Positions 53,901 to 64,000 of a stretch of 64,000 nt of DNA are shown here, in pieces. Made by a program: the position numbers and the translations under genes. Source of the stretch: Bugula neritina (Eukaryota > Animalia > Bryozoa). How positions within the stretch are numbered: the stretch's first letter is position 1; every line of letters begins with the position of its first letter. The DNA is taken from NCBI GenBank assembly GCA_964035545.1, contig OZ037770.1, positions 13,320,642 to 13,384,641 of the forward strand, read 5' to 3'. The notes below the pieces were generated by a model. The model searched no databases. It worked only from the letters and a program-made list of their open reading frames with translations, and was not told where the DNA came from.

Positions 53901-56900
53901 GTTGTAATATATGTTATACAATTTTACATTGGTATAATATCTGCTATGATTTTGTATATTGGTGTATTATTCCACATGGTGTATATATATACATTAAATG
54001 TCATATTAATACTTGAATTCTAGTCGAGTTCAGATATGGGAGCAGATGAAAGTCCTAGAGATGCCAACATTGAGGTGAGTGAGTTACGTACATAAACAGC
54101 AGTACACCCAGCTGACTCTAATCTATTACATAGACAGTCAGATGTAACCAGCTTTTTGGAGTTGTGTCCCCTACTATAGCATGTACATGTACACGTTCAA
54201 AGCTGATTTCTTATGTTTTTGTGTTGGGAAGTCTTTTGGTGCTTTACTGTTCACTATGGCACCATAGTGAACAGTTTCTATGCAGACTCAGCACATAGAT
54301 TGTCCATCTCATCAAGTAGCAGTGGAGTTGTTAACTATTACTAGTACACTACTACTAGCAGAATAGTGTCTTGTAGTGCAATATTTTACAACATGTTTAT
54401 ACCTGCAGGACCGAGTACGTGGTATGATGTTTAGGCAGCAGAAACTTAAACCTGAGATTGTCAAAGACACTGTAAGTTGTGTATCGTAGTTACTCTATTT
54501 ATTCACTAATTATTCATATGTCATAGTAGAACCATTTTGCAGTTAGTGTAGCTCTAAACTGTTTCAAATCTAGCTTGGCAAGATTTATAACAGAGATAAA
54601 TAAATTTGAATTGTTATATAATGTTACTTACTACTAATATCAGCTATAATATGATACCCTCTGTAAATACTCATATTGAACATCCTAGTAGGATTTTAAT
54701 GTCGCGCTTAAAATATCGTCTGCATAACATGTCGTATGTGTAGATGCAGAAGTTGGGGAGCAATATACCCGCTATTAGCCAATCAGCTCCCTCCACTCAT
54801 TCACGCATTCCTACTGTCAGCCAATCAGCTGCAGCCACCTCAATGGCAGAGAGGCAGGCCGGAACCAATGAGATGGTGGAAGAAGATTATATTGAAGAAG
54901 TGAGGGAGTATGGAAGGTGAGTAGCCTTAGTACTTCCTTTAGCTTCTTATGGCGTTTACAGGACCCCCTCCTTATTGTGGTAACGTTTGTTGACTGGTGA
55001 ATCAAGTATTGATATTAAGGGTGACTTATTCAAGTTTTAACTTTTTTCAAAACTTGGTAGATGAGAGTATGTGGGGTAGTTTAAAGAGCTAGGAGAGTAG
55101 GTGGGAGGTAGTTTAAAGAGCTAGGAGAGTAGGTGGGAGGTAGTTTAAAGAGCTAGGAGAGTAGGTGGGAGGTAGTTTAAAGAGCTAGGAGAGTATGTGG
55201 GAGGTAGTTTAAAGAGCTAGGAGAGTAGGTGGGAGGTAGTTTAAAGAGCTAGGAGAGTAGGTGGGAGGTAGTTTAAAGAGCTAGGAGAGTTGGTGGGAGG
55301 TAGTTTAAAGAGCTAGGAGAGTAGGTGGGAGGTAGTTTAAAGAGCTAGGAGAGTAGGTGGGAGGTAGTTTAAAGAGCTAGGAGAGTAGGCGGTACTGCTA
55401 TCTGCATATGGGAATCTACAACAGCGCTTCTACGGTAGATGTGTTTATTTCCAGACCAGCTGATCTGAGGAAGAAGATTGTTGAGCTGGCTGGTGAGTTG
55501 GAAGATACTCAGGATAGACTGAACCAGTCAGTGGAGTACAACCAGCAGCTGGAGCATACGTGAGTCTCTAGTTGTTGTCAACGGTGGTGGTCATGGTGGT
55601 TTCGGTGGTGGTGGTGGTGTATTAGTTGAGAGGATATATTTAGCTAGCTGATTGAATGTAGTACAATAGTTGTTTATTCTATAATTGTATGCTATAATAT
55701 GTTATAATATAACAGGATATATAATACAATATGATATATAATGCTATACAGATACGAGACTAAACTGGAAGAGAAAGACGAATACATCGAGGAGTTGGAG
55801 GAGAAGATCAGGCAACTGGAGGCTCAGCTCAGAGGTCTGTGAATCCTGGCAGCAAATTCATCTCACTCTACGCTGCCTTTAGGGAATGTCTTCTTTGGAC
55901 AACCTACTAACCTATCTACTGCTTTCTGTTGCAGGGTTCTACACAGACAGAAGTGGTTCCATCACCCTGGAACTGGTGGGCAGCCGCCCACCTTCCTCTC
56001 TGCATTCTGTCCCAGTAGAGAGGACCAGTTCCAGAGTTGTCACTCTCAATGACAGCGGCCCCCACGATAGGTGAGTGTTTAGTGGCCAACTGTGGCCAAT
56101 AGCAGTGAGCTAAATGGTATCTGCGTATGTATTGGCTAGCTGCAGCCAATAAGAGTGGACTGAATGTGTATGTGTGTAGCGAATGACAGAGCGCTGGGTT
56201 TGTTGTTGTTGTTTTCAATTTATTGCTTCTAATAGTAAATGTAGAAAAAAATCTTGAGCTAAGCTAAGGAAAAAAAGGAGTACAAAAAGAAGAAGCAAAA
56301 GGGTACTGTCCGATGGCTTGAAGCTGAATGGTATCTGTGTGTTAATTGTAAATAATGAGTGACGTATGCAAGTACAAGTATTCCTGTTGTAATTTGCTCT
56401 CTCCTTACTAGGTCAACCAGTGGTGTAGCTGTTGATAGAAGTACCCTCACGTTCTCTGGATCCACTCACCGTCCAGGGTCCGTCTCACCACTGGAGAATG
56501 TTCCCAGGACCTCTCTGAACAAGAGTACTGAGTCCGGAATTAGCCAGGGGGCATCCGCTCCTTCTACGTCCCGCAGTCACCCCGCCCCTCAACCCTCTGC
56601 ACACGATGACTCTGTCACTCAGTCTAATGCTGATCTCCACCTTTCAGCTGGTAGATTTTTTCTCTTCTGTCATCTCTCTATCAACCACTGTAATATTTCT
56701 ACGCAATCCAATTGTTCTTTATTGGAAATAACATAGTGTTCCCTGACTTTGAGATTTTTAAAACTTGAAGACTAGTCTTTTACCTCTCAGCTGGCAGCTT
56801 TGATGTTTCATCTGTTTTGGCATCTCTGTAATGTAATGGTCTTTCAATAAAATGTTAGTCGTCTATGAAACTTGCCAACTCTGTGATTTTAATAACTCCA

Positions 56901-59900
56901 AGACCACTTTTTAGCTGTCTGTGTAAAGCAGAGCGTTTGCCATTTATAGAGGCAACGTTGCGTCACGTTTCACCATTTCACTGTCTTTGTAGAAATATCT
57001 CCAGTGGTTGCCGGTCAGCAGCTGGCAGCTAAAGTTCTTAGCCCTCTGCACGAGGTGAGCCCCACCTTTAGCCGTGAATCTCTGGCCTCAGATCGCTACC
57101 AGAGGGATAGCGGGCTAGAGACGTCCCAACCCAGTAAGAGAGACAAGGGAGACGATGAGACCCGATCAGTAACTAGTCTACTGGATACTCTCGGTGAGTC
57201 TAGCAGACGTACAGTGCAGATGTACAGTGCAGGCGTACAGTGCAGACGTACAGTGCAGACGTACAGTGCAGGCGTACAGTGCAGACGTACAGTGCAGACG
57301 TACAGTGCAGGCGTACAGTGCAGATGTACAGTGCAGGCGTGTAGTGCAGACGTGTAGTGCAGATGTACAGTGCAGGCGTGTAGTGCAGATGTACAGTGCA
57401 GACGTCTCCTGTCTACGTGTTTTATAAAGTATGCCTTTGCAAAATGCTTTTTATGTCATAAAGGTGACCAGGTGTTTTGAGGTAAATAAGACATGAATTT
57501 GATATTTTGTACTTTTTATTGTTATTTTGTTCCGCTGAAGCACATTGGTCTTTTGTTAAACACCTGAATATTGTAATTGATTTTAAAAACTGCTCACATT
57601 ATGCCATTAAATTGTTTGCCGGTAAAATTATTAGCCTAACTCTCTGTCGCTAATGTGAGCGGGCATTATACTATTCCCCCACATCTTCAATTGCAGTAAG
57701 GCCACTTGGTTAAATGTTTACTAATATATAGCTTTCTTGTAGACGGTACAACGGAGAGGATGAGGAAAAGCAACTCCCTGCGTTACAACGAGCCGCCGAG
57801 TCTGGGCGGTTCACTCTTGCCGGCTGAAGCTTTGCGCACCCAGGAGAACCTGCTCAACGTGTCGTCAGAGAACATCCACAAAATGGCTGCAGAGCCACAC
57901 GTCAAACGAGCGTTTGCCTCCGATATAGCCGCTTCTCCGGAGAAGGGACGCGTGCACAGCCCGACTGTCTCACCGCAGAGCCAAGTATTGATCAGTCCTG
58001 TCAAGAACTCGGGCAAAGAGTTAGTATTTGCTGAGATTGTGGGCAGTTTGTTTTATACTATAGTTTTACAGCGCAGTTTAATCTGTTGTTTCTGTAGTCT
58101 AGTGTTGTGACTTTAAAAACTGCCTGCCTAGGTTGTATATCACCATGCTTAACGTAGACCTTTCTCAACTGTAACTTATTGTTATATTACTTTTCAATTT
58201 TGTGTTTTATTGTATAGCTTATCCTGGGTGTGTTTGTATTTAATGTATTGAGTTGCAGTCGGTCCACGGAGAGGTACGAGAAGCAGACGTCCCCCAACCG
58301 TCAGCTGTTGGAGAGAGCTCAGGCTACCAGCTGGGAACAGGCGGCCGATCAAGCGTTCCCTAGCCAGTCGGGCAAACCAGCTGATGCTGAGCATAGAGGG
58401 GTGCGGGGGTCTGCCGTACGCCCGTCCTCTACCAGTCTGGTGGACGTGGATACTCTGTCTAACGAAGGCGTGCTGTACGAGAGACCTCTGTCGTCAGCGT
58501 CGGCCAGCATGCAGACGGACACTGATGACATGGTGGAGCTGAGTAAGAAGTTGGTTATGGCGCTGAGCAGGGAGGACTCCCTGAAGGAGCAGAGGAGACA
58601 CCTGGGTGAGTTGTCTTATCTCGTGTCTCTATGTCGTATTATCTCTATTTCGTGTCTAAATCTTCTATTCTATGACTCTTGAAAGGTTTTTGAGAGTATT
58701 TTCAACTACTGATTGCTGTTGATTTCTGTAATTACTAGCTACTTAATTCACCTGAGTTAAATTATAGCTGTTCTGGTTTTATTCTCCATATTGGATAATT
58801 CATTCGTGAGTATTAGCAAGCAAGTAAGTAAGTAAGTAGGTAAGTCTTGTATAATTCATACTGCAGTTATAGCTTTGCCTTAGTTTATTCCATGTATCTA
58901 CAGGTGATTTGCATCGGCAGTATGAAGAGGCCCTCAAAGCGTCACAAGAAGAAAATGAAGAAATTAGGTTAGGAAATATTATTAACGCCCATGTCTTTAC
59001 TGTTTGATTTATGAATCACAGATTATATGTACAGATGTCTGTATTGCGTATTGTGTAGACATCTGTATCGCGTATTGTGTGTTTCATGCTGAAGGTCAAG
59101 GTTATCCGAAGCAGACGCCGACCTTGACAATCAAATACAGAAGAGACTGGAAACTGCCGAGATAGCCAACACCTTGCAAAGACAGGTAAAATATTCATAT
59201 TTCCCGTTAGTCACATGATCACCAGAGATTTAATTGGCAGCACTTTTCTACCTCCTGTCAAGAGAGTTTAGGTTTGCCGAATATATTTTCCTAATGTCAG
59301 GTTCTTTGTCGTGGTCTCTCAACAGCTCATAGGTTGGACAACTTTAAACTCTAGATAGTTGTTTGTTGTTTCTAGGCAACACTCAGCAGGCTGTATGTTA
59401 TGTTATAGTTTGGTGATACGCTGGACTTCCCCGAGTACACCGTAAGACATACATTGCTAGTGAATGCTGTGATTGCATTGTGTAGTCTAATGTTCCAACT
59501 TCCAACTTCTTTGGGCTGTAATATCACACGTGTGTGTTACTAATGAGTTCCTAGTGCTACCCTGTGTCATGTGTTATAGGTGTCAACGTGATAGCAGGTG
59601 TCATGTCATGACATGTGATAACAGGTTTCATGTAATATGATACAAGTGTCATGTCATGTGATTCAAGTGTCCTGTGCTTGCAAGTGTGTGTCTTTAGATA
59701 ATACTTAACTAGCACAAAGAATATTTCTGTGTTTTGGCTAGCCCTACACAGCTTCTAATCGTGTTTTTAGTTGGCGAAGAAAGATGCCGAGTTGAAGCAG
59801 TCGAATCAAACTGTATCCAAGCTCAAAGAGAGGCTCTCAAGATCCAAGGTATGCCGTGTCTACCTGTCCTGTGAATACGTCATGTTTGTTTTCACCCATT

Positions 59901-62900
59901 CATTGGTATCCTGTTTATTGGTGGTTGTACAGCTGGAGGTCTGCGACCAGACGCATTGTTTTTAGTCATTCGAAAGTGTTTTCACTTGAACCAACTTAGT
60001 AGTACGCAACATGACATCATGACATGACGTCACGTCCTGAGGTGTTTTATTGTAGAGTGATTTGAGTGCATCTCAGGATGAGCTCAGCTCCACCAGGCAG
60101 GAGCTCAATTCAGCCAATCAGAACCTCATAGACTCTAGTAAGAAGTTTAAGGAAACTGCCAAACAGCTCAGGTGAGTAACTGTAGTAGTGCTGGTAGCAG
60201 TATAATAAGAGTAATCGTAGTGGTAGTAGCAGTAGTAGCAGCAGCAGTAGCAGTGGTAGTACACAATCTGTTTGTTGTAGGGAAGTGAAAGATCATCTTC
60301 ACAAAGTTCAGGAAGAACACAGAAAGTCTCTTTCAGAGCTGCAGCAGACCACCAGCAGGTAGGAGACCATCAGATACGCTATATTCATAGTCTAGTGTAG
60401 TTTCTACTACTCCATTCTCTTCTGATCTATCAACATTCCCATTGGCTGCCCTTGGCGCACTGTAGCTGTGTTCCTCTGTGTTTAGTTTGAAAGAGAAAGA
60501 TAGGCAGACTGAGATGGCGCAGGCTGAAGTCTCCTCCATAAGGAAATCGTTTAGTAAGGCAGAGGATGAACTACGAGCTTCCCAGACTGAGCTGAGAATT
60601 GCTAAAGAAGAGTTGACTAGGAAGACAGACTGGTGAGAATTTACCTGCAGAGGTGGATGGGGGGGGGGGCAAATCTTCCATGTCGAGATCAGACTTTGTT
60701 TAGCTTGGCTGTGAGGGTTTTGCTGTCTGGTCGTATCTTCTCTAGAGATTTAGCAGTATCTGTAGACTTTGTTTACTCGAGCAAGCTAGAAATTTTATTT
60801 TCACTTTTTCCTTCAATATGAAAATGTTGATACATTTTCCCCATCAAGTACACATATTTCATTACACATCATTTTCCACCTCTAAGTTTAATGTTTCCAG
60901 CCAAGTAGAACTGACAAAGAGACTGAGCCAGTTGGAATCTGAGCGTGGAGCTGTACTGAGACGTCATGAAACCATCCCCTTCCCCGCCCAGGAACTTCAG
61001 GCCCCACCTGTTGTTTCAGCGGACTATGACGACAGGTTGCAGGACACGCCTGAAGGATCAGTAAGAGACAGGTAAGTCTACCTGGGAGCTTACCAAGTCT
61101 TTCAGGTCACTGGAAGATGTGCTTCATTAGCAAGAAGTAGGTCAATCACGTCGATAAATCAAGAAATGAGCGAAGATCCCTACTTCATTTATTCTAACTT
61201 ACTGCGTAACGTTTTACTTCATCAGTATCTGATTATCCTGCTTTGTTCCGGTAAGTTTCTAATAGACGTGTGTGTGTTGACTAGGGCTTCTTCTCTGAGA
61301 CGTCCCAGTAGCATCGCAGCTCTGCAAGAGGAACTTGGCTCTATTCTGGACGCCAGTCAGCATATCAAATCAAATATTGCTTCTGCGCTGGAACAATCTA
61401 GACTACAGGACACTTTGATGGCAGGTAAAGTCAGTGCTTTTGTGTATCAAATGTCACTTCACTGGCAGGCAATTTCCAAGCTAGATACTCATGTGGTTTT
61501 TAAAAAGATGTACTGTAAATGATTGCAGTTTTTGCTAACATAAAGTTTAAATTTCAATAATTTTCTGTTCGTCACAAGTTCACCACCTAATATGATATCC
61601 ATCACAAACTGCTTACTTGCACCTTTTTAAAAAACAACTAACAATCACCTGTTCTGTCACCTCACAGTCACTTAGCAATCACCTGTCACCACAGTCACTT
61701 AGCAATCACCTGTCACCTCAGTCACTTAGCAAACACCTGTCACCCCAGTCACTTAGCAACCACCTGTCACCTCAGTCACTAAGCAACCACCTGTCCTGTC
61801 ACCTCACAGTTACTTAGCAATCGCCTGTTCTGTCACTTCATAACTACCTGTTTGCATTTAAAGATGGTGACAATGCTAACGCCGGTCTCGGCTTGCGTGC
61901 AGAGTGTGAGCTAATAGAGTTGTTGAAGTTGAACATAACCCGGGTGGAAAAACTCAACGAGAGAATCAACGAGCTTCTTCTGCTGGAGCAGGAGTTGCTT
62001 GCTCCTGGTCGGTTTGCCGTGTCCCACCAAGCCGGTAATTCAGTAGCTGTGTATAATACATTGTGGTAGGCATAGACTGGCTTGTTGATCACACTAATAA
62101 GATGTAGCTTGTGTAGCGTGTGAATAATTCCTTTAAAGTGGTTGTAAATGTAAATGTGCCAAACTATTCTATGGTTTGCTTAGCCTCAGCTCTACTTTAT
62201 AGGCGTCCCGATTCAGCCAGTACATTCTCAGTCTTTACCATTGTCTGTCAAACACGAAGTATCTACACCATCTTTTCAAGGTTGGTCTTTTTTCTGTCTC
62301 TGGTCTGTATTCTGTAACTTTATGCTGTCTGCAAGGTGTTTAATGCTGTCATGCGGTATTGTAGCTCACCATTCCAAACAGCCAATCAGCTTCTCTGACC
62401 AGCTAAGCACGTCCGCCAACAATGCCACAGAAAGATCCCTCACCGACTATAATACAGCTGGACCAATGGCAAGAAATAGCTATATAGTGTCACATGATAT
62501 TTCTAATGGACAAGTGTCACAAGGCGCCCCTGAATTGGTCACTATCAACGGTGTCGAATACCAACAAGTGCCCTCATCTAGAGTACCACCTGCCAGTAGC
62601 ACTCAACTTCCTGTTACGAGCGGCTCTCTAATAGTGCCAGAATTTCAGAGTTTCCAACAAGCACCTGCCACTGGTTGTCAGCAATCACCTGCCACCACTG
62701 AGTTCTTTGGGTCACCAACAATACATCAGCAAGCACTTGCTGGACCTCATCAACCAACACTCTATGCTACAGGAAGCAGCCAACAGCTACCTTCTCCCGC
62801 CAATCAGCAAACGCGGTCTTACTTGTCCAACTCCAAGACTATACCAGAAACTAATAATCAGTGTAGTCCAGTAACTGCTGGCTCTCAGCCACACCCACCC

Positions 62901-64000
62901 TCAGCTGTTTCTCAACAAGCACCTGCCTCAACTAATCCGTATTGTCAGTCACTTGCTCTTGGTCACCAGCAGGCAAACACTGACACTTCTCAACAACCAC
63001 TTAATGGAAATTCTCAGCAATCGCCTGCCACTGGTTATCAACAAGCACCTGCCACTGGTTATCAGCAAGCACCCGCCTCTGGTTATCAGCAAGCACCCGC
63101 CTCTGGTTATCAGCAAGCACCTGCCACTGGTTATAAGCAAGCACCCGCCTCTGGTTATCAGCAAGCACCCGCCTCTGGTTATCAGCAAGCACCTGCCTCT
63201 GGTTATCAGCAAGCACATGCCACTAGTTATCAAAAGTCACCTGCCACTGATCACCAACAAACACCTGCCACTAGTTATCAAAAGTCACCTGCCACTGCAT
63301 ATCAACCATCACCTGTGACTGGTTATCAACAAGCACCTGCCGCTGGTTATCAAAAGTCACCTGTCACTGGTTATCATCAAGCACCTGTCACTGATTGTCA
63401 AAAGTCACCTGCCACTGGTAACCAGCAAACACCTGTGAGCGGACAGCAGTATTCCCCTGTTGTAGGTTATCAACAAGCACCTGTAAGTGGACATCAATAT
63501 TCATCCATTGTAGATTCTCAGCAGGCACCTGTTTCTGTCTATCAACAGACACCTGCTGCTTCTTTTCAGCAGACGCCTACATCAGGCTACCAACAAGCTG
63601 CAGTTGGCAAAAATATATTTCAGAATTCCTGTGCTGATGGCAAGGATTATTCTCAAGATGCTGGCGCTTGGTCCATGCCAGGTGTGTCAGGAAGAGGTGG
63701 TGAGACGGCCGCTGACGCAGGATACAGCGCAATGCTGCCGTACAAACAGGGTCAGCTGGGCAAGGTGACTCAGCCTCCCATCTACACGTCTACACCGGTG
63801 CTGGAGCAGGTGGCAGAGCCTCGGCGTCTGGCACCCACGCAGCAGGCCCATAGCCAATCAGGAGAGAGACAGCCAAGAGAGAGCCAATCAGGAGAGAAAC
63901 AACGTGGATTGAGCCAATCAGGAGAGAGACAGCATGGAGAGAACCAAACAGGAGATCCTGTATATGAAGTGTTAGTCACCTCTAACAGACAGCCTCGTAA
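28635..64000 (+). CDS. Centrosomin/CDK5RAP2/myomegalin-family coiled-coil protein (CM1 domain), >2200 aa, 3'-truncated
   Basis: CM1 motif KQQIETLEKENFDLKLRIYFLE (34670-34826). Phase-consistent exons: 28635-28681, 32320-32393, 34611-34678, 34767-34942, 36157-36273, 36472-36611, 38130-38239, 38698-38871, 39448-39583, 40095-40213, 40537-40716, 51320-51488, 51582-51772, 51954-52120, 52658-52872, 53263-53477, 53676-53720, 54024-54074, 54409-54471, 54744-54916, 55455-55559, 55752-55834, 55935-56070, 56412-56650, 56993-57193, 57743-58019, 58259-58605, 58904-58967, 59095-59185, 59771-59848, 60056-60171, 60281-60358, 60486-60632, 60901-61071, 61285-61424, 61864-62034, 62365->63996. The start could alternatively be ATG 32321. 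Confidence 0.88.
30756..30985. repeat. ~38-bp tandem repeat, 6 copies
   Basis: Unit gtatatattagttagtaatacatagaatagatatacag. Confidence 0.9.
31161..31468. repeat. 17-bp minisatellite, ~18 copies
   Basis: Unit agagtttagcaaactgt, drifting to agagtttagcaaagtgc along the array. Confidence 0.95.
32400..32825. repeat. 11-13-bp minisatellite (tatacctactcta)
   Basis: Begins ~6 nt after the donor at 32394. Confidence 0.95.
34945..36070. repeat. ~1.1-kb interrupted (AGT)n trinucleotide tract
   Basis: Begins within the donor gtgagtagt at 34943; AGC/GGT/AAT interruptions. Confidence 0.97.
36267..36430. repeat. 20-bp tandem repeat containing the exon donor site
   Basis: Unit agctcag|gtatgctgtgtgt, with degenerate copies downstream. 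Confidence 0.9.
37432..38110. repeat. 19-bp minisatellite ctatactatactctacaca, ~35 copies
   Basis: Direct inspection; ends ~20 nt before the acceptor at 38128-38129. Confidence 0.95.
38340..38530 (-). mobile_element. tRNA-derived SINE
   Basis: Minus strand reads GGGAACAGCCGTGGTCTAGGAG (A-box-like) ... GGGTTCGAACCC (B box) ... GGTGATGTTAGGAAGAGCATCCAGTCATAA. Two other copies in the window. The SINE 3' boundary is uncertain. Confidence 0.72.
39905..40085. repeat. ~32-35-bp tandem repeat, ~5-6 copies
   Basis: Unit tgtaaggtcatgacctctctaagctttataa, running into the acceptor at 40093-40094. Confidence 0.9.
40726..42025. repeat. 19-bp minisatellite atatgtagtgtaatataat, left arm (~68 copies)
   Basis: Begins ~10 nt after the donor at 40717; variants tgatataat and tgatgtaat. 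Confidence 0.97.
42026..45242. mobile_element. 3.2-kb non-autonomous DNA transposon, imperfect TIRs (GTGACC...GGTCAC), ATAT target-site duplication
   Basis: Left end GTGACCCATCGCGACAAAACCGGGAAC vs reverse-complemented right end GTGACCTCCCACCACAAAACAGGGAAC (21/27 match). ATAT at 42022-42025 and 45243-45246; removing the element plus one ATAT restores an exact repeat unit. No intact transposase ORF. Confidence 0.88.
45243..49645. repeat. 19-bp minisatellite, right arm (~230 copies)
   Basis: Same unit and variants as 40726-42025. Confidence 0.97.
52895..53090. repeat. 22-bp tandem repeat cagtctaaccctctttatctct, ~9 copies
   Basis: Direct inspection; starts ~20 nt after the donor at 52873. Confidence 0.92.
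55062..55390. repeat. 32-bp purine-rich minisatellite, ~10 copies
   Basis: Unit gagagtaggtgggaggtagtttaaagagctag. Confidence 0.95.
57203..57405. repeat. 13-bp minisatellite gtacagtgcagac, ~15 copies
   Basis: Begins ~10 nt after the donor at 57194. Confidence 0.95.
61640..61840. repeat. 27-bp tandem repeat cctgtcacctcagtcacttagcaatca, ~6-7 copies
   Basis: Ends ~20 nt before the acceptor at 61862-61863. Confidence 0.9.
63033..63609 (+). repeat. Coding 24-bp repeat encoding (GYQQAPA[T/S])-like octapeptides, ~24 units
   Basis: In frame with the exon starting at 62365. No indels or stops despite heavy unit divergence. Confidence 0.9.

Noticed and set aside
62953-63318. (SKHPPLVI)n ORF and the antisense ORFs in the track
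   Set aside because: Alternative frames of the GYQQAP exon; only the frame set by the 62365 acceptor stays open for the whole exon.

Overview
AT-rich, intron-rich eukaryotic (invertebrate animal-like) genomic DNA. I found no prokaryotic features, CRISPR array or rRNA. Five spliced protein-coding genes were reconstructed by hand with consistent GT-AG sites and exon phases. (1) A minus-strand uncharacterised gene with an N-terminal hydrophobic segment and a >2.3-kb Q/S/P/Y-rich exon running off the left edge. (2, 3) Two intact, recently tandem-duplicated 602-aa TRIM genes (RING, B-box1, B-box2, coiled coil, NHL-like beta-propeller). Their propeller exon is enriched in amino-acid-changing substitutions, and each has a canonical NF-kB site upstream. 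(4) A minus-strand 506-aa F-box/LRR gene. (5) A large plus-strand centrosomin/CDK5RAP2/myomegalin-family gene (>2200 aa, 37 coding exons, runs off the right edge) with a CM1 motif, three SxIP motifs and an unexpected (GYQQAPA[T/S])n prion-like exon. Introns carry many mini/microsatellites, often abutting splice sites. They also carry a 3.2-kb TIR element with ATAT TSD inside a 19-bp minisatellite, a 9-bp-TSD foldback MITE and a tRNA-derived SINE. The very long ORFs in the supplied track are repeat artefacts. All gene models are manual and lack transcript support.
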